Assembly (NCBI GenBank): GCA_035635535.1
Contig: DASQAX010000539.1
Span: 1 to 37,666 of the forward strand
Source of the DNA: Vicinamibacterales bacterium
GTDB taxonomy: Bacteria > Acidobacteriota > Vicinamibacteria > Vicinamibacterales > UBA2999
Direction: 5' to 3'
Length of the DNA: 37,666 bases
In this document: in pieces, positions 35,170 through 37,666 of the stretch
Layout: the number at the start of each line of letters is the position of its first letter
Numbering within the stretch: position 1 is the stretch's first letter
The notes under the pieces: model-generated
The model's database searches: none
Told to the model about the DNA's origin: nothing
Seen by the model: only the letters and a program-made list of their open reading frames with translations
Made by a program: the position numbers and the translations under genes

Positions 35170-36162
35170 ATGTTTCGCATTCAACGGGTCGCGATGGCGG
35201 CCCTGGTTGCTGCGGCGCTTGCGGCGCCCGCGGTCGCGCAGCAGAACTATTCGCAGGTCACCCAGACCGACATCCAGCGCCTGCAGGACAGCGTGTTCCA
35301 GGCGGGCTCCGACGTGCAGCAGCTGAAGAGCCGTGACACCGCTCGCGCGTCGCAGCTGCAGACGCAGCTCGACGACCTGCGCGACGAAGTGATCTACCTG
35401 AAGGTGAAGCTGCGCAAGGAAGGATCGCTGCAGCGCAGCGAGTACGCGGGCGTGCGGGACCGGCTCGACGACCTGCGCTCGCAGGCCACCAACTACACGA
35501 CGAACTACACGCCGTCCGCCGGCGGCAACGCGAGCGCCGCGACGGGCACGACCGGCAACACCACATATCGCCCGTCCACGGGGTCTGCCGCGACCGGTTC
35601 CCAGTCGTCCTCGACGACGCGCAACACGGCGCCGTCGCAGAGCACCGCGGCCGGGCGCGAGGTGGAAGTGCCGTCCGGCACCGAGATGGACGTGCGCCTC
35701 ACCAACACGCTGAACTCGGGGATTGCGCAGGTCGAGGATCGATTCGAGGGGACGACGCTCGTTGACTTGAACATCAACGGACGGACGGTCATCCCCGCGG
35801 GCTCGGTCATGCGCGGCGTCGTGACCTCCGTCGATCCCGCGACGCGGACCAACCGCACCGCGAAGATGACGGTCAGCTTCGACCAGGTGACGGTCAACGG
35901 CCGCGCCTACCCGATTCGCGGCACGGTGACGCAGGCCATCCAGGGTGAAGGCATCAAGGGCGAGGCCGGCAAGATCGCGACCGGCGCCGGCGTCGGCGCG
36001 GTGCTCGGCGGCATCCTCGGCGGCGTGAAGGGCGCCATCCTCGGGACCGTCATCGGCGGCGGCGGCATCACGGCCGCCACCGAGGGGAAGGAAGTCGAGC
36101 TGCCGCAGGGCACGGTGCTGCGCGTCCGGCTCGATTCCCCCGTCGGGGTCCAGGCGCGGTAG
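35170..36162 (+). CDS. Secreted protein: coiled coil + S/T/N-rich linker + beta domain + glycine-zipper segment
   Basis: GAGGAGG SD 8 nt before the ATG at 35170. Signal peptide AAPAVAQQ. Heptad region. TGTTGNTTYRPSTGS low-complexity linker. GAGVGAVLGGILGGVKGAILGTVIGGGG glycine zipper. Confidence 0.75.
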   Translation: MFRIQRVAMAALVAAALAAPAVAQQNYSQVTQTDIQRLQDSVFQAGSDVQQLKSRDTARASQLQTQLDDLRDEVIYLKVKLRKEGSLQRSEYAGVRDRLDDLRSQATNYTTNYTPSAGGNASAATGTTGNTTYRPSTGSAATGSQSSSTTRNTAPSQSTAAGREVEVPSGTEMDVRLTNTLNSGIAQVEDRFEGTTLVDLNINGRTVIPAGSVMRGVVTSVDPATRTNRTAKMTVSFDQVTVNGRAYPIRGTVTQAIQGEGIKGEAGKIATGAGVGAVLGGILGGVKGAILGTVIGGGGITAATEGKEVELPQGTVLRVRLDSPVGVQAR

Positions 36163-36165
36163 GTA

Positions 36166-36312
36166 GCCACAAAGATCACGAAGAGGTTGAGCCACTAAGA
36201 GCACGAAGAGCACGAAGTTAAAAGAGCACAAAGAGAAGAAAATTCTTTGTGCTCTTTTTCTTTGTGTCCTTTGTGTCCTTTGTGGCTAGTTTTTCTTTGT
36301 GATCTTTGTGGC
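36166..36312. repeat. 147-bp imperfect palindrome built from CACGAAG (left arm) and CTTTGTG (right arm) nonamer-phased words
   Basis: Terminal 14-mers GCCACAAAGATCAC (36166-36179) and GTGATCTTTGTGGC (36299-36312) are exact reverse complements. The arms pair along nearly their whole length. The right arm encodes the last residues (ATKITKKN) and the stop of the DinB-like gene. Confidence 0.8.
36220..36258. terminator. Bidirectional intrinsic terminator at the palindrome centre
   Basis: AAAAGAGCACAAAG (36220-36233) pairs perfectly with CTTTGTGCTCTTTT (36245-36258) around an 11-nt loop. Flanks are U-rich on both strands. Lies between convergent genes. Confidence 0.65.
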
Positions 36313-36855
36313 GATCAGGCCGGCGTGCGCCGCGGGATCCTGATGCGTCGGGTTCCGGTTCGCCTCCTCCGACTTCCCGAGTGGAATGCTCAGGTTCTTC
36401 CATCCCTCGCCGCGGAACGCCTTCGCGAGAAACACCAGTTGACCGACGTGATAGCAGATGTGCGCGAGCGAACGGTGCAGCGCCTCGTGCACGGCGAACG
36501 ACTGGCCGCGAATGGCGACCGTCTGCTGAACGTGGTCGTCGGTCAGGCCGCTCAGCGCGTCGAAGAGCGCGTCCCATCCGCCGTTCCACTTCGCCAGCAC
36601 CTCTTCACGCGTCACGGCGCGGGCGGTGAATTCCTCGTCGCGGTGCCGCCAGGGCTTCTCGCCGTCGGCGGTCAGGAAATCGGTGAACCGCGAGCGCAGG
36701 TTCCCGCCGATGTGCCACACGAGCATCGCCGCCGAGTTGCCGCCGCGTCCGTCGGCCGTTGCGAGCTCGTGGTCCTCGAGCTGCGCGAGCGCCGCGTCGC
36801 CGAGCGCCTTGTAGCGTCGGAATTCACCGGCGATCGAGGAAACCACGGAGCTCAC
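36286..36855 (-). CDS. DinB-family (DUF1572-like) four-helix-bundle protein
   Basis: MLVWHIGGNL, HEALHRSLAHICYHVGQLVFL His-triad pattern of the DinB superfamily. The GTG start lies inside a CTTCGTG word. Confidence 0.8.
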   Translation of the reverse strand: MSSVVSSIAGEFRRYKALGDAALAQLEDHELATADGRGGNSAAMLVWHIGGNLRSRFTDFLTADGEKPWRHRDEEFTARAVTREEVLAKWNGGWDALFDALSGLTDDHVQQTVAIRGQSFAVHEALHRSLAHICYHVGQLVFLAKAFRGEGWKNLSIPLGKSEEANRNPTHQDPAAHAGLIATKITKKN

Positions 36856-36895
36856 GAAGACGAATTAAACCACGAAGAACAGGAAGATCACGAAG
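36853..36895. repeat. CACGAAG words at 18-nt phase (x3)
   Basis: CACGAAG at 36853, 36871 and 36889. TTAAAC...GTTTAA inverted hexamers at 36865-36870 and 36902-36907. Confidence 0.75.
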
Positions 36896-36903
36896 CACTT
36901 CGT

Positions 36904-37488
36904 TTAAATCGCGTCGGCGCGCTTCGTTACCCTGATCGAGACAAGTCTATGCGTTGCGTCGAACGTGTAGACCGCACTGACCCAGACCTGAAAGACAACA
37001 CCCGGATAGACACTTACGACACCGTCGACTTCGGTTGTTGATAACCGGCGAATAACGATATTCGGGTCGCGTCCCAGCGCGTGCGCTTGACCCTCCAGCC
37101 AGCTGACAACGCGCGGTTCGGGTGTTCCGACGGGTGTTTGCTGCAACAGGAATTGTTCGATGACGCTCGGCTCCTGCCACCAGACATTGGACTTTCGTTC
37201 GCGCGCAATGCGCGTCACCTCTTGTTGGAAAAGGCCTGCGGCGAAAATAGGGATTGCAGCCGCAACGATCATGGCTGCTTGCAAGTCCCGCCGACCCTTC
37301 AGTTTGATCACAACTCCGAGTGAAATGATGCCCGCGCCGAATGCTACTAACCAAAGGACGTTGGCGGTTGCGGCTTCGCGATCGAGCGGCGTCTCGAGCA
37401 TGATGACGACGGCGATGAAACCTGCTACGAAGACGATGAACAGAGCCGCGGCGACGAGTTTCAGCGAGCGCGCGAGCCACAGATTCAT
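36904..37488 (-). CDS. Hypothetical membrane protein (3 N-terminal TM helices + soluble C-terminal domain)
   Basis: 194-aa ORF, visibly lower G+C than its neighbours. Hydrophobic helices LKLVAAALFIVFVAGFIAVVIML, VLWLVAFGAGIISLGVVI and AAMIVAAAIPIFAAGLF. No recognised motif. Confidence 0.6.
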   Translation of the reverse strand: MNLWLARSLKLVAAALFIVFVAGFIAVVIMLETPLDREAATANVLWLVAFGAGIISLGVVIKLKGRRDLQAAMIVAAAIPIFAAGLFQQEVTRIARERKSNVWWQEPSVIEQFLLQQTPVGTPEPRVVSWLEGQAHALGRDPNIVIRRLSTTEVDGVVSVYPGVVFQVWVSAVYTFDATHRLVSIRVTKRADAI

Positions 37489-37489
37489 T

Positions 37490-37566
37490 CTTCGCGTCCT
37501 TCGCGCGCTTCGTGGTTGTCTTCGTCTTCGTGTGCTTCGTGAATGCGGGCGAAGCCCGCCTTCGTG
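37490..37566. repeat. CTTCGYG words (x7, mostly 9-nt phase), the complement of the CACGAAG arrays
   Basis: CTTCGCG at 37490 and 37499. CTTCGTG at 37508, 37526, 37535 and 37560. CTTCG at 37520. Embedded hairpin GCGGGC-GAA-GCCCGC (37545-37559). Confidence 0.8.
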
Positions 37567-37567
37567 G

Positions 37568-37666
37568 TCATCCCCGCGCGACGTCTTTCATTGCGCCGTG
37601 GGCCGCCGCGACGGTCTTCTTCACATCGCGGTCGCTGTGCGCCGCGGAGAGGAACCAGGCTTCGAA
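37568..37666 (-). CDS. C-terminal fragment of a class-III aminotransferase-like protein (HemL-like ending); 5' part lies outside the window
   Basis: My translation of the complement reads FEAWFLSAAHSDRDVKKTVAAAHGAMKDVARG-stop. FEAxF.S.AH...D...T resembles the C-terminus of glutamate-1-semialdehyde aminomutase or related enzymes. Only 32 codons are visible. Confidence 0.4.
   Translation of the reverse strand, partial: FEAWFLSAAHSDRDVKKTVAAAHGAMKDVARG

Noticed and set aside
33941-36231. Minus-strand ORFs 33941..34981 and 35149..36231 opposite rseP and the glycine-zipper protein
   Set aside because: They are antisense to genes with clear motifs (HELGHF; signal peptide plus SD) and have Arg/Gly/Ala-rich low complexity.
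36861-36910. attC-like integron recombination site between the DinB-like and hypothetical genes (TTAAAC ... GTTTAA inverted hexamers; small same-strand accessory ORFs)
   Set aside because: The hexamers do not fit the RYYYAAC / GTTRRRY core consensus (wrong base at position 4). There is no intI integrase or attI in the window, and the flanks are core genes. It is kept only as part of the cassette-like observation.

Overview
High-G+C bacterial chromosomal window. Gene content and protein style look Acidobacteriota-like, but that is inference only. I call about 39 protein-coding genes, tightly packed, many with ATGA/GTGA start-stop overlaps. Left to right: a GldA/F/G-like ABC-2 transporter (1-2970, minus; the GldG-like gene is missing from the supplied ORF track because it runs off the window); a P1B-2 type Zn/Cd/Pb ATPase; a REC-PilZ regulator followed by a polytopic GT-C-like membrane protein; a LysW-like acidic zinc-ribbon protein translationally coupled to a LarE-type PP-loop ATPase; a DUF2723 GT-C protein; Pal; a divergent pyrimidine regulon (pyrK-pyrD-pyrF on minus, pyrR-pyrB-pyrC-PRTase on plus); a porin / PBP-like / hybrid kinase / REC / REC-HD-GYP signalling cluster; BtpA, CMD-family and TIGR02757 genes; two small hypothetical genes; GT2-TolC; pyrE; truA-uppS-cdsA-dxr-rseP; a secreted glycine-zipper protein; and three accessory-looking genes at the right end. 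I saw no rRNA, tRNA, CRISPR, transposase, integrase or recognisable defence genes. I do not see a clear-cut novel multi-gene system. The most unusual signals are: (1) a family of 7-nt and 9-nt word repeats and palindromes that fills almost every longer intergenic spacer, including a 147-bp strand-asymmetric palindrome and inverted arrays bracketing a low-GC ORF; palindromic or duplicated in-frame extra segments in pyrK and truA may be related; (2) the LysW-like carrier-type protein coupled to a LarE-like ATPase, with no lysine or arginine AAA-pathway genes in the window; (3) several structured leader or junction elements (pyrR, uppS/cdsA, the zinc-ribbon operon, the ATPase leader). All long Arg/Ala/Pro/Gly-rich ORFs antisense to these genes are treated as high-GC artefacts.
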